From: Hyphochytrium catenoides
Lineage: Eukaryota; Protista; Hyphochytriomycota
Reading direction: 5' to 3'
DNA length: 64,000 nucleotides
Assembly (NCBI GenBank): GCA_900088475.1
Contig: FLMG01002918.1
Location: forward strand, 1-64,000
Positions 11,201 through 23,768 of this stretch are shown here, one piece after another (the first letter of the stretch is position 1; every line of letters starts with the position of its first letter). Made by a program: the position numbers and the translations under genes. The notes below the pieces were generated by a model. The model searched no databases and had not been told where the DNA came from. It worked only from the letters and a program-made list of their open reading frames with translations.

Positions 11201-14200
11201 CTCGAGATTTGGGAGGAGTTAGCGGCTGGATCTCTGCTATCTCCTCTTCTGCTTGGGACAGGTTAAACTTCCAGAAGAAGATTGTTCCATCCAACGAGGC
11301 AGAGATTAGAAAGCGACGACAAGAAGAGAAAGCCAGGAGAGGATGCGGGGAAGAGGTAGAGAAAATCTGCGGGCTAATTCCCCTTAGGTTATTACTGTCC
11401 CAGACCTGCAACGAGAGCCAAGAACCGTGTCAGAATTCAGTGCATGCAGACTCTGGGAAAACAAAGATACGACGGTGATAGGAAGGGACTAGGACCTTAA
11501 CAGAAGGGCCCAAGAGAAAGAAAGAGACAGAGAGAGGAGAGAGAACTAGGTAATATGGACTCTACGGATGAGGGACAATTTAAGGGAGGACAACAAACAA
11601 TGAGTAAAACATCTGTGAGTAAGAACAGGAATCCGGAGAGAGATAAAAGGAAAGCTTAGCAACCTGCAGCTTGCCGTCAGAGGTGGATGTGCAAAGGTAT
11701 CTCCCGCCTGGGAACGTCGCGAGCGCTAATATCTCTCTCTCCTCCTGGATTCAGCGACCCAGAAGCCAAGCCAGGGATGTCCAACGGGTAGGAGAAAGGT
11801 ACCCGGAACAAGTTGACAGCAGTGAAGCGATTAGGGTCAGCTTTACTGAGAAGGAGCGAGATGGGAGAGCATAGTCCATATAAAAAGGGAAAAGAGAGAC
11901 AGAGCTCTTGCAAAGAAGTTTGAGCGAGGGGATGGCATTAAGATGTGGCAACAGGCGCTTGGCTTACGTCTCTGCTGCTTCTTTGATGACTGCCTGTCTC
12001 TATGCAGCTCCTTATAATGCGGTTTTCCGATGTGACGATTATCAGAGAGAGAGAGTCTGCAGAGAAGGTGATCGTTGTTGCTCTCTCTTCCCTTGCCTCC
12101 CCTCCTTCTCCTACCCCGGAGCCAAATGAAAGGACATTTGATTTGAATACGGGCAGCCGCTTCAGGAAGAGCAGTGACAGAGGGTCGTACAAGAGAACTT
12201 CCCTTCCGCCCGTGCCCAAGACAGCTAGAAGCTCTCCGTTAGCGCTCAAGGCGACACCTCGATACTCGTCTGTTCCAAGGTCGGCATCCAAGACCCTCAC
12301 CGGCTCATAAGCCCTCAACGGATCTGCAAAAATGAAAGAAGAAAGTTAAAAGTGTTAGTGGCTTATAAGGCACCATACCAAGGCCTAGCCGGCGACACCA
12401 GGCTGTACCAAATTTAGATTAGAGACAGAATGTAGGCACGCAACGTAAATGAGACGGGCTTGTAGTCTATCGTGTTTCTTCCATTTCTCTCTCCCCCAGC
12501 TGGGTTGAAAACTTCTTGGGAAAGGACGTTCTTGCAAGCTAACGAAGGAGAAGAGAGGAAGATACCATAAACCGCTATCACTCCGCTGCTGTCGGCTGAG
12601 AGAAGAGCCCGTCCCCTTGGATGGAAGAGAAGCCGCCCAATGGGGAGACGATGTACTCCACGCGCACCGCTTCCTCTGTCCCCCACAAGCCCACCGTCTG
12701 CAGTCAACGACCAAACACGGATATCTCCAGTGCTCAGTCCAGCCGCTAGTTCAGGTGAGGAAGGAGAGAACGCTAAAGACAGGCATTGGATCTTCTCTCT
12801 CTCGCCTGTCGTGCCTCCCGTCGAGAACTCGTATATTTGTCTACATATGAAAGAGACAGAGCAACAAAACCTCAGTAAGCCTCGTCCTGCCACGCAGAGA
12901 GCATGATCTACGCGAGATATTTATTCCTTCAACCCTCTGCGAAGAAGCCAAGTATGTCTTCCCCTCCAACCTTTGCAGGACTGCTTTTTCCCTCCCTCCC
13001 TATGTCTAAACGTTCTTCTGCTAGCCGTTCGCCGTCTCTGCCTCTGTTCCATGCTCTATTCAGCCTCAGAGATCCCTCATTGTTATCCTCTCACCGCAGG
13101 TAGCACGCTGAAAGTCTCCCCTTCCAACTTGCCATATCTCTCGGTATATCTTTGCCCCTCTCGGTTCACTGCTCTCGATCTCACTCTGATATCTAGGTGC
13201 TCTACGCCATCTCTTCACTGGGCTTCTTGTGATCTTGACCATATAGTAGGCGGTCTATGAGTCTATACCTTCGCTCGTTCAAGTCCCACACGCGGATTGT
13301 ACCGTCTTCCGACGCTGTGGCAACCTGGTGACTGGTCTTTGCTCTTCCTACAGCCAGACAGAGTACAGTCCCGCTGTGCGCCCGCAACAGGGACTGATAT
13401 CTCTGCCAATAGGGAGAAACAGGGTGAGAGAATGTTAGCGGCCATGCTGGAATGTTTTGACCTTGTTAGGGGTATTAAGAGCTAACGAGGGGAAAACTAT
13501 GGAGCAGTCGATGACAAAGCAGTTTGCGTACAAAAGCAAACAACAGCTCCAGCACTTTCAGAAGCTGAGGCACTGGCAGAGGTAAGCACACTCGTACAGA
13601 CTGCTCTCCAGCTCTTTCCCCACGAGGTGGCTCCTAACCTGGGAGGGAATATCCAGATAACCAAGGGATTTACTTCTCGTCCCGACCAAGATCCGAAGCC
13701 CGTCCTCAGAGAGGGAAAGAGAGGAGATACCGCCCTCATGCTCAGCCTCAAGAAAGAACGAGGAGAACGACAGAGGCCAGAGACGCAGCATTCCCTCCTC
13801 TCCTCCGGTGACGCATAAGCCCATTGATATGCAGAAACAGGAAATTGACGCGTTGTGAAGACGATAGACACATTCAAGTTCCTGACGTTCCGGATTAACC
13901 TATTGGAGGGAGGTTAGAACCATGAACGATTGCAAGGGAAGGGAAAGAATAAATCTCTCCTTCTCTTTCTCTCTCCCCTTCTCTCTCTTTTGTTCTTTCT
14001 TTCTTAGACTTCCCGCAAAAGACGCGATTACCTTAAGCAGAGTCCCTTTGTCTGAAGCGACGAACAGAGAGGAGGATGAGAAGGAGAGATCGTTAAATCG
14101 CACTCCTCTTCCGTACTCTTTGAGAACAACAGGGGTGCCAGGCAGATGTTGCCGTGAGTCCAAACGCCAGAAGCGGATATTCTCTCTTCCGCAAGACACA

Positions 14201-17200
14201 AGCTTTCCGCGGTCCAAGGGAGAAAAGATGGCCCGTACAATCTACGAGAGAGTATATAGGAGAGCATTAGGTGGTTGTTGACGAGAGACTCGACCGCTGA
14301 CGAAGATGGTGGATTCCGGAAAGCCACAGAGTTACGTCGTCCTCTTCTATATCTTTTGCAGCTTCTTCATATCCCTCTTCGCCCTCTCTTTCAGGCCTCC
14401 TTTTGAGACTCTCGCCCCTTTGTCTGTCTCTTCTCATGTCTTTCTCTCGCTTTACGTGTCTCTCGTGCGCTATCGTCCATCTCGTCCCTTTGTCTCTTCT
14501 CATATCTTTCTCTCGCTTTATCTCTCTCTCCCCCAATGTCGGCCATTTCGCCTCGATAATCTTGGTAGTATGCCCCTCTTTGCAAGCCTTTTCTTGGTGC
14601 TCACATTGAAATCGCTTGTTTGCTTAGCCCGGACCTTCGGGCGCCCTCCTGTTGGTAACNNNNNNNNNNNNNNNNNNNNNNNNNNNNNNNNNNNNNNNNN
14701 NNNNNNNNNNNNNNNNNNNNNNNNNNNNNNNNNNNNNNNNNNNNNNNNNNNNNNNNNNNNNNNNAAAGTCCCAGATGCGAACTCGTGGGTTGGGGCCACT
14801 CTATGAGCACCAGAGAGTGAAAAAGAGCAAGGTAAGGGATTGGAGCTGGCCGGTAAGAGGCAGAGAGGCACAGTCGCAGATGAAAATCTCTCTCAGGACA
14901 GTCCGGTCTGGATGTCACCGGGACCAAACATTTGCGAGTCAGTACTCTATCAAAGACAACAGCCCGCTCACCTCAGCAGATGCGAGCCACTTGGTGTCTG
15001 CGCTAAAGGCAAGAAGAGAGACGTTCTGCTGGTGGCCATGCAGAAAGCCCTGGACTGTCGAAGGGGGATAGGATAGTGAGGAAGATACTCTAGAAGGAGA
15101 GGCAGGGGAAGAAGCAGGAGGTACGCCCATAATGACGATAGAGGAGCCGATAGCAGCCACGCAGTGCTTTCCCCCAGGTGCCCATAGGACGGCGGAGGGA
15201 CTATCGGTACTCAGGCCGAGCAGATGGAAAAGAGAGAGAGCAGAAGTTGTGGCTAGGGGCTTTTTCTTCTTGTTTGACATCCCAAAGGAATATCCGAACG
15301 TTTGGTAGATTGCGGACGGGATGTTCTCCTTGTTTTGCTCCTCATCGCTTTTATCAGGTTTCTCCTTGGTCATTTCCTCATTGGCCCGTTGCCAATCTTT
15401 CTCATCCAAGTCCATATTCAGCTCCTGCCGCTCTGACTCGGGAGCTTCAGTTCTCTGCAGTTCGGGGAAGAAGGGCAGATGAGATTTGGAGAAAGAATTT
15501 GGCAATAGCAACTCGGAAAAGGTACTGCGAGTGAAAGGGTACGTACAAGAAGGGTAGGCTGAGTGAGTCAGATTGGCGGCTTTGAAATAGTTTTAGGAGC
15601 GCAGAGAAGAACGTTGGCGCACCAGTTCCGTGTAGTCTACGGCACACTCTAGCATCTCCGGCTCTTGGCTTACTTCTCCTGCTTCTCTAGGACTCGGGAC
15701 TGGCTCTTCGTCTGCTGCTCCGCCTTCTTTCTGTTGGACCGAGGTCGCGGCCAACGGACCCTCATCATCCCGTTCAAAGGAAATGCTGTGGGGAAGCGCG
15801 ACCCAATCATAGAGGTCCTCCCACGTCTTTGGCCCACCCTTGCTGTTCTTCCCCGTCACTGGCAAGGCTATGTCCCGCGGTAGGGTCTATATTAGAAGGT
15901 AAAAGGATATGAGAGGATGCCTAGAAGATGCGACCGGTTTCAAAGAGAGCTCAGACAAAGAACAGCGTATGAAATAAGAGTAGGATGAGCTACAGAAGGC
16001 GATGAGGGGAGAAGTTGAGGGCGAAGGATGAGGTCGCCATCCTCTAAACTCCTACAGAATGTAGATCTGACAGGGGTTAGAAAGCACCTTGAATGCACAG
16101 CTAGCTCAAGGTTTATGTGTGTCTGAACAACGGGAAGAGAGAGACAGAGAAAAACAGACAAAGGGAAGAGAAATCGACAGCACAATAAGAAACAAGTAAA
16201 AAAACTGTTATAACTTACCATGGGCGTATAATCTACATCGGACGTGTAGATGCCCCGAACTAAGCATGAGGAGCAAACCTTCACAGCCTAACATGCAGGG
16301 GAGGCAGATCGAGACGTGCCAAGAAAGAGCTCAGAGGGCCAAAGAGACATGCTAGGGAGGAAGGGAAAGCTGTTCCTAAGCCGTGCGGCTTGTCAAGCAA
16401 GCTCACCTTTAAACAGTAAAATTCGGATGCGCTGTGTCCTGCGCTAAACTCCTCTAACGCAGCAGGGAGGTCTACTCTTACCACTGTCCAACGGTCTGAC
16501 AGACTGTGGGCAACAAAATTAGCACGGACACAAATAGCCCTGAAACACCAATAGACACAGTTGCAAGTTCAAGCATGCACAAAGAGAGAGAGAGCAAGAA
16601 AGAGGAAGAGGGGACAAATAAGTGGCAGGGCCATTACTCTCTGTCTACTTCGACTCCACTTCGACTCCTTATTAACCGTGCGAAAGGTCAAAACAAGAGA
16701 ACCTAGTCTGACCTGACGGCATGCAGAAGAAAGAAGCAGATGTGGACCAGAAGAAAGAGAGATAGGGCTGCCTTGGAAGGCAGAGAGGCTGGGCGTATTC
16801 ATATAACGACCCTACACTCAATTCGCAGTGAGGCAGGGCGAGGAGGAACAGAGGGTGGCAGCAAAAGAAGTAGGACCTTAGAGGTATCCTGATGTGCGTT
16901 CCACCGGCAAGCTGGATATCGCTGTACATAGTGCTGAACGTGAGGCGAATAAACCGCTTGTCCCCCGTAAGAATGTCCAGATGAAAGGTGCAAAGAGAAC
17001 CAGATGGCACACGTAGCTGCAGGTCCCGCAGACAAAAGAGTGTCAACTGACGCCTTACAGGGCTGGTCCTTGCTCTGTTCCGGGTTGCATTCATTCATTC
17101 TTTCTAGTCTGTGGGATTTGTACTCCCTGCAAAGTGCTCTCTCCCTCGTACCACACTCTCCCGTTGTATTTTAGGTTGCTTCTTTGTATCGCTCTTCTAT

Positions 17201-18226
17201 GGACCCAACAACACTCGATTCCCTGACCTTTTATAGCTACCCCTTCCCTCTATCAACCACTCTCACTAAGTGATTGGTGCCAGTACTTTGGCATACATTC
17301 CACGCTGTCTTTCCTCTCTCTCTGAAATCCTATTTTATTTCTCAAACCTGAAGATAACAGTATCGTCCGGTAAGTCCGAGGCCTGTAGCGTTACTTCCGG
17401 CTAGAGATCTAGGAAACTGAAGGAAATTGACTGCTGGAACATCTCCTGCTAGCTTGTAGACCCGCTTCCCTATGGTGCCATCCTAACAGAAGGCACAATA
17501 GTGGAAGGGGAAGAGATGGAGAGGGCTGAGAGTGGTTCATATCGCGACCGTCAGAAGAAGGAAACCAGATAACAGAGCCATAGAGACCGTTGACGGAGAA
17601 GAGAGAGAGACAGATAGAGAACGAGAGGCCTCCTGCAAGACAAGGGAGCCATAGAGACCGTTAAAGCAGTCGAAAGAAGACAAGCAGAAAGTACCATTAG
17701 TGACTGAACGTCTCCGAACCTCAGCGCCTGGGATGAAAAGCGCTTGAAAATATCGACGTACGGATGCTGCCATACAGCTAGAGAGACAAAGAGGAGGTAC
17801 GAGAGAGGTGATTTGGACGAATGAAAGGAAATCACAGTCAAGAAAGAACAAGAGAGACTGAAGTCGGAGAAGAAAGGAATGAGGTCAGAGCTTCTCACGG
17901 AGCTCAGCACAAATACTGGGATGCAGGTTCAGCACAACCACATTGACCAGCGTAACGGGAGCTGAACGCGATAGTGGTATGATGATGTCAAGTCAAGACT
18001 GTGGCTTACTGCTCCGGGCTTTGTCAGGCTTCTTAGGAGGGGACGCGGAGAGAGACACAATAGATCGTCTCCCTGACGATGGAGTCGTTGCCTCTTTCTG
18101 TCTTCTTTCCTTTTCAGTCTTTGACGTGCTGCCGAGGCCGAGAGAGATGGTGAGAGCCATCCTTTGGGAGGAGTCGGAGGAAATCGACCTCCTGGAGTAC
18201 GTCGAGGAGCTCTCAGTTTTTGGCAT
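8291..18226 (-). CDS. WDR90: WD repeat-containing protein 90 (POC16-like centriolar protein): N-terminal CFAP20-like domain plus multiple WD40 propellers; multi-exon, spans N gap 14660-14764; start codon uncertain
   Basis: WQHPYVDIFKRF (~17770) matches the WDR90 N-terminal WQHP motif. CFAP20-like segments FHLDILTGDKRFIRLTFSTMY, KVCSSCLVRGIYTSD and LPRDIALPV..TWEDLYDWVALP. WD40 exons LVSCGRENIRFWRL, CVTGGEEGMLRLWPLSFSSFFLEAEHEG and AHSGTVLCLAV..VATASEDGTIRVWDL. Large exon 9237-11411 and terminal exon to stop at 8291. Confidence 0.88.
14425..14520. repeat. 30-bp direct repeat (2 copies, 66-bp period) in a WDR90 intron
   Basis: tgtctcttctcat(g/a)tctttctctcgcttta at 14425-14454 and 14491-14520. 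Confidence 0.9.
14660..14764. other. Assembly gap (N run)
   Basis: Ns in sequence. Confidence 1.
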
Positions 18227-18599
18227 CGTCCTCGCTTAGTCGATGTTTTAGCGCTCCAAGCTGCTCGGCATGGGTCCAGAGCCTAATTCAATGAAGAGAG
18301 GCCCCCAAGAATATCAAAACTAGAAGACTCAAGCGAGCTCTGTTGGCTTGGTTCTATGGTGCCGGCGGTGCTAATAAGCCGCTGTTGTTCCAGCTATGCG
18401 CTCGCTGGAAGTCTGGGAAGCGGCAACGGACTAGGGAAGCGGAGCTGTAGCTTTCCACTCGGCCGATGATTCTTCATTTCTGAAGCTTGAAGAAGAGTTC
18501 ATCGAAGAGATGTTTGAATTGGTGATTAGTTATCTTTAGATAGGCTATTTGGTTATCTTTTAAAACCGACCGCGTTGTACGACTGTAGAGTCCAGCAGG

Positions 18600-21400
18600 G
18601 CTTTGTAGCTCTCCTCCTCTTCTCTCTTCTTCTCCTTCTCCTCCTTCGTCGTCTCCTTCTCCTCCTCCTTCTCTTCTTCTTCTTCTTCGTTTACTTCTTA
18701 GTTATTCGTAGTTGTAGTTTCTTCATGACTAAAACTTACAAAAAATAATAATCAACTATGATTCTTCTTTTACTGATGATGAGCAGGGAGCAGGTTCGAC
18801 GAGCTGAGATGATGGAAGAGCCTAAGGCTTCTTAGCTTTTCTTTTCTTCTTCTTCCTCTTCTTCTTTTTCTCTTTCTTCTTCTTATAGGATTAGTCTGTT
18901 AGTAGCGTTAGTAGTAGCAATACATACTTTCTTCAAACACCAATAAACAAAAAAAAATAATGAAAAAACGAAGAGAAGAGAAGAAAAAGTAAGAGAAGAC
19001 TGAAAAATGGACTGCTGCTGCCAACGAAAAGACAATCTCCTCTGGGGCAGTCTCTGCTCTTCCTTTCTCTGAAGACGGCGCAATCCTCCCAGTTTAGCTA
19101 TGAACTCTAACATCAAGAACGTTGGCATCAGGCTGCTCTATTGTAAAATCGAACGTGTGTGGAAACAACATCGTGTGAGTGCTAATTCTTCATCATTCAA
19201 CAACAACCAGCAACCACAGTCAAAACCTTCATCCTCTTCTTGTTCATCATCTCGTAACTAAGGACGATGTAGGGTCCTCTTAGAAATCCAAAGTGGTAGT
19301 AGCACGATGCTCATCACAAGAACAGCTGCTGCGTGCTCAGATATGGGAGGAAGTAGTCCTCTTTATTTTTACTTCTTGGAGGTTTATGATTATTGATGGC
19401 TAGCTCTTCGATATCGGCATAATATTAGACTTTCTTGTTTCTTTTCCTTCTCCTTCTCATCCTTTTCAAACTACGGCCGGCGCGGGTTCTATAACTCCTC
19501 CTGTTGTCGTTCAAAAGGAGAATCACGAACTCTTATTTCCTCTCTCGCATTATGATTGGTGAGGAAGATGATCTCCTCCTCCAAGCGTCCTCCTCGGTGG
19601 TGTCCCCGCAGTTCCAGCTTCCTGCTGATACTCCCCGGCCGCCCTTAGTGGTGGACGGATGATGATGATGATGGAGCTGCTTCCTTCCTCCTTTTTCCTC
19701 TTTTTGACCTACTAGTTTTCGCTCTGGTGCCTCTTCTTGTTCGTCGTACATTGCTTTATATCTTCTTGATTATAGAACAGTAGTCTACTAGTCCCTCCTT
19801 CTTGTAAAAATAAGAAATAATTGCGCTAAAAAATAAAAGGCCATTCTCCTCTCTCCCCCCCTTCTTCTTATTATGAAGAAGATCCAAGACCTTCTCTTTC
19901 ATGCCTTTTTCAGGACCCTGGTTTCCTCCTCAAACTCTCCCGCGAACCTCGCCACCTTCTTCCGAGCTCCAATCAGAACAAGCGTGGAGGTTTGTTAGTT
20001 CGTGAATTTTCACCACCTTCCTTTCATCAGTACTCGGCCTTTGAGGTGTCCGTCACGGATTCGCTGCATTCCAGAACCCTGTCTATGCAGCAGCAGTCCA
20101 TGCCGGCTATTATCGGCTTGTAAGGTCGTTGTCCGAGTAAGCGAAGTTGAGGAAGTACGAGGAGGGTACCTGCCTGGCTGTGGGGCTACAGTTTGTGCCA
20201 CTCGTCTGGGAGACTTTTGGCGGTGCTATGCCCTATGTCCTATCTGTGCAACAGCTAGTAAAGCTTCAGCGTGATTGCGGCTGCTTCCCTACTACCTCTT
20301 CATCATGCATTTGGTCTCGGTTGGCGAAGACTGCTCTGACTCTTCATACCAGAAAGATCTCTTTCACATCCGTGAAGAGAATGCGCTACTAGCTACATAT
20401 TCTGAACCGTATTTCTGTTCAGCAGTGGAGCTCGCCCTAGCTTGCATGGTTGAGCGCGATGTTGATGATGGTCTCGGCGCCACGCCCTCTTCTTCTTCTC
20501 CTCCTCCGTCTCCTATCATTATCGCCGAAGAGTTCAACTATGATTCTTCTTCTTCCTTTCCCGATAATGATGACGGTGAGGGAGGAGAAGATCGTACTGA
20601 AGAAGATTCCAGGGCTTCGAAGCTGCTCTTGTCTCGTCTTCAATTTCTTCTTCTTCTCCTGCTTCTTCTCCTTCTCCTTCTTCTTCTTCTCCTTCTTCTC
20701 CCTTTACTTCTTCTTACTGGAGTTATTAAGTTATCGTAGTTGTAGCGATTATGAATTCTTATAATGATGGTCGGTGGAGAAGAAGAAGGAGAAGTAGAAG
20801 AAGTGGGAGAAAGTTTAGAGACAAGAAACGCCTTGGTCTCGTCCTCAGCATTCATCATCAGTAAAGAAAGAAGTGCTGGAAGAATCATAGTTGATCTCCT
20901 CATCAGTAATATTTAAAGGGAGAAGGAGGAGGTGGTGAACCACCAACCACAATAATGTCATCACATCACCATCAAGCTCAACCTTCACCAACGCAAGCAA
21001 GAGATAGAAGGGTCCAGCTGACCATGATGTGCCAAGGGAGAAGAAGAAAAAGAAGAGAACGGAGAGGAAGAAGAAGAAGAAGAAGAGACAAGAAAAGCTA
21101 TTTAACGCCTTGGTCTCGTCCTCGGCTCGATCTCCTCCACGCTCATCATCAGTAAAGGAAGAATAGCTGGAAGAATCATAGTTGATCTCCTCAGTGATTA
21201 AAAGGGAAGAAGAAGAAGGAGGAGGAGATGAAGCACCAAGCACAATGTCATCACCACAAGTTCAACCGCCGCGAGGCAAGCAAGCAAAGAAGGGTCCAGC
21301 TGCTCAAGAGGAAAGCGCATTTTCTTCATGAATCTATCATTTACAGCAGAGACAATGAGCAAGGTGATAACACGAGAAGGAGTAGCGCCATCCTCTTTAT
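18600..21400. repeat. Cluster of diverged copies of a ~300-bp module (putative retroelement 3' region) with (CTT)n tracts, in direct and inverted orientation
   Basis: Shared core TCAACTATGATTCTTC at ~18752 (+), ~20534 (+), 20879-20894 (-) and 21170-21185 (-). AACGCCTTGGTCTCGTCCTC at 20827 and 21104. AGTTAT(T)CGTAGTTGTAG at ~18700 and ~20729. Confidence 0.85.
19880..20392 (+). mobile_element. Degenerate non-LTR retrotransposon fragment, CRE-clade-like restriction-like endonuclease (RLE) C-terminus
   Basis: Frameshifted translation IQDLLFHAF / SREPRHLLPSSNQNKRGGLLVREF..SAFEVSVTDSL / AKLRKYEEGTCLAVGLQFVPLVWETFGG..IWSRLA. This follows the CRE-type order RD.L...EP..L...RP.D+L...A+DV+V...K.RKY...C...G..FVP+..ETFG. 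In-frame stops and frameshifts indicate decay. Confidence 0.8.
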
Positions 21401-22158
21401 AGTTCATGGAGAACGTGATAAGTGATAGAAGTCACCATAGTCCGTACATCATTTATAACATCAAGGGCAGCTTGCATACAATCATCAGAAGACGACGACG
21501 TTTAGCTGCGAGAGTCTTCGGACTGGAGCTGTATGACAACATTTTAGAGGTCTCCACTCCGCCATGACTCCCTAACAACTTATCACTTCTAGTGGAAGAT
21601 CCGGATTGAAACAGGAAAAGCAATGCATTTATAAGAGCATCTCCACGGCCCAACCAGCTCTCCAACAACCCTTCGTCCTTCGTCGTCCAAAGTCCACTTT
21701 TGGACATGAATGGGCATCGGTCTTTGGTCTCTGGCGGCTGGTCCTCCTACAAACAGTACTCGTAGAAATTATTCTTCTCCAGAGCGGGCTTCAGGTCCTA
21801 TCAGAAAGTCCAACTCAACTCTCCTCGTAGACTGTATTTATCACCTCAGGAATAGGTCAAGCACTTTTAGTATGCTTTGGCCCTTATGAGTTATGAGGCA
21901 TTTCTTACGAGAAAGAAGGCAACGTGCTGCGCACTCCTCCTTGTCATAGAGTCAACAAAATTAGAAACCGAGACGATGGACACGGACGTAGCCGAAGATG
22001 GCCAAAATCAACACTAGAACGAGGACCTAGTGCCTCATTCCTCACTAGTTCTTGCTGGTTGAAGAGAAAACTGAAGCCTTGGGAGCTATGGCAGGGCCAA
22101 CCTAGGTGTTGTGCCGTCTTTTATGAGCCTTCAAGCGAAAAATTTGTCACGGTCGTCA

Positions 22159-22230
22159 GCAGCCATAGCTCAGTGGTAGAGCAATTGATTGCAGCTCAAT
22201 AGGTCACTGGTTCAAATCCGGTTGGCTGCT
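22159..22230 (+). tRNA. trnC-GCA: tRNA-Cys (GCA)
   Basis: Full cloverleaf: acceptor GCAGCCA/TGGCTGC plus discriminator T, D arm GCTC-AGTGGTA-GAGC, anticodon arm ATTGA-TTGCAGC-TCAAT, T arm ACTGG-TTCAAAT-CCGGT. 72 nt, no intron. Confidence 0.95.
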
Positions 22231-22626
22231 TCTTCTTCTTCCTTTGCTTTGCTTTGCTTTGACGTGCAGAGATCGCTCCCTTGTTTTTGCCTTTGCCTTT
22301 GGCTACCTTCTTATGGCAACTAATTACTGCATGGCCGGGTATCTAGCGCGCAGCACTAAAACAGTCTTTCTCCACTTTGTATCTGTAATTGTCTGTCTCT
22401 GCTTTGTTGTACGAGTAGTTCTTAGCACTGTCTTCCCATCATTGTTGCCACTTTATAGACGCAATCAAACAGTAAAACAGTAGAGACAGAGGCAGTACTT
22501 CTCGAGACTCTCGGATCACACTTTATCTATGGAGTGAACAGTTAATTTTCAAATTAGTAGGTCTAGCTTTCTGCAGTAGTTCCTTAGCATCTCTCTCAGC
22601 CTCTGTCTTTCTCTCTCTACCTATCT

Positions 22627-22664
<38 letters not shown>

Positions 22665-23768
22665 TTATCTATCTATTCATCTGTCTGTCTCGAGCATGTA
22701 TCTATTTATTTGCATGGATTTATAATAAGAAAACTCCAGTCACCGGGGCAACTTTCTCTTCTCATCAGACCTATTGCTCCTCATCACCCCTCATGTTCCC
22801 ATAGAACTACCCTCTTTGAACTTTGATGGGTTCTTCGTCAGCAGCCTTTCGGTTGATGGTACAGAACTGTACTATATTTTTTCCTAGGCATCCCTCTTGT
22901 GGTGCCTCCTGCCGCGTCAGGACATCAGCAATGGATACTCCTTCTCTCTTGATGATCGTGATTAAGAAGAGAGAAAGTTGTCCAGACCAAGACTTGGTAG
23001 CTATTATTGTCTCTCTTCACCTCTTCTTTTTTCCCTTGCTGTCCACCTTTCTTCCCTTCTTACTTCACGTCATTTCTTTGTCTTCTTCGTCCTTCAGCTA
23101 GGTGTTGGGAGGAACATACTCCACAGGTAATTGGGGTTAGCTAGAAGTGCATTGACCCCATAGTGATAATGTCGTCTGTTGGTCAGCTCAATCATATTAG
23201 GTGTGAGCCGATGGAGGAAGTGAAGAGTTCTGATAAAAGAACAGACGGACCGTTCCAGATCATGAACGGTCGCCACTGTCATCATCTCTCTATTAACATT
23301 GTAGTACCATGAGCTTTGGCCAGCGAGCAGCTGACAAGTAAAGCAAACTAGAAGAGTCAAACAAGCGACGAACGCGGTACCATTGCCAACATTGCATCCC
23401 GGGGAGCCAAACGGACGGAGGCACAGGAGGTACGGATAATAAAGTACAGGGCGCTTGTCTCGTCGATTCTGCTGCTAAGCCAGCTGCCCTAGAGACCAAA
23501 TAACGTACTTTCCTTGCTACTGCGCGGGAGAGCCTACAGGCATCGTGCGATCACATAGTAACCGGCCAAGGTCGGTAGTCAGGGAAAGATATCACACCCT
23601 GAGAAAGGATCCCGTCAATAGAAGTAGGACGAGGATTGATTTGGCACTGCAGTTCAGCAGATACTGTTACTTCGACACAGACAGTAAATGCTAGGGTTCC
23701 CAGCACTGAGAGTGCTGCAGGTCTGAAGCGATAAATAATGCCTACGGAGCATCTGCCGGGGAAGCGCG

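Noticed and set aside
20275-21243. ORFs with EEFNYDSSSS/EEINYDSSS acidic peptides and poly-Leu/Phe
   Set aside because: They derive from the repeated retroelement tail and (CTT)n tracts; frames are not preserved between copies.
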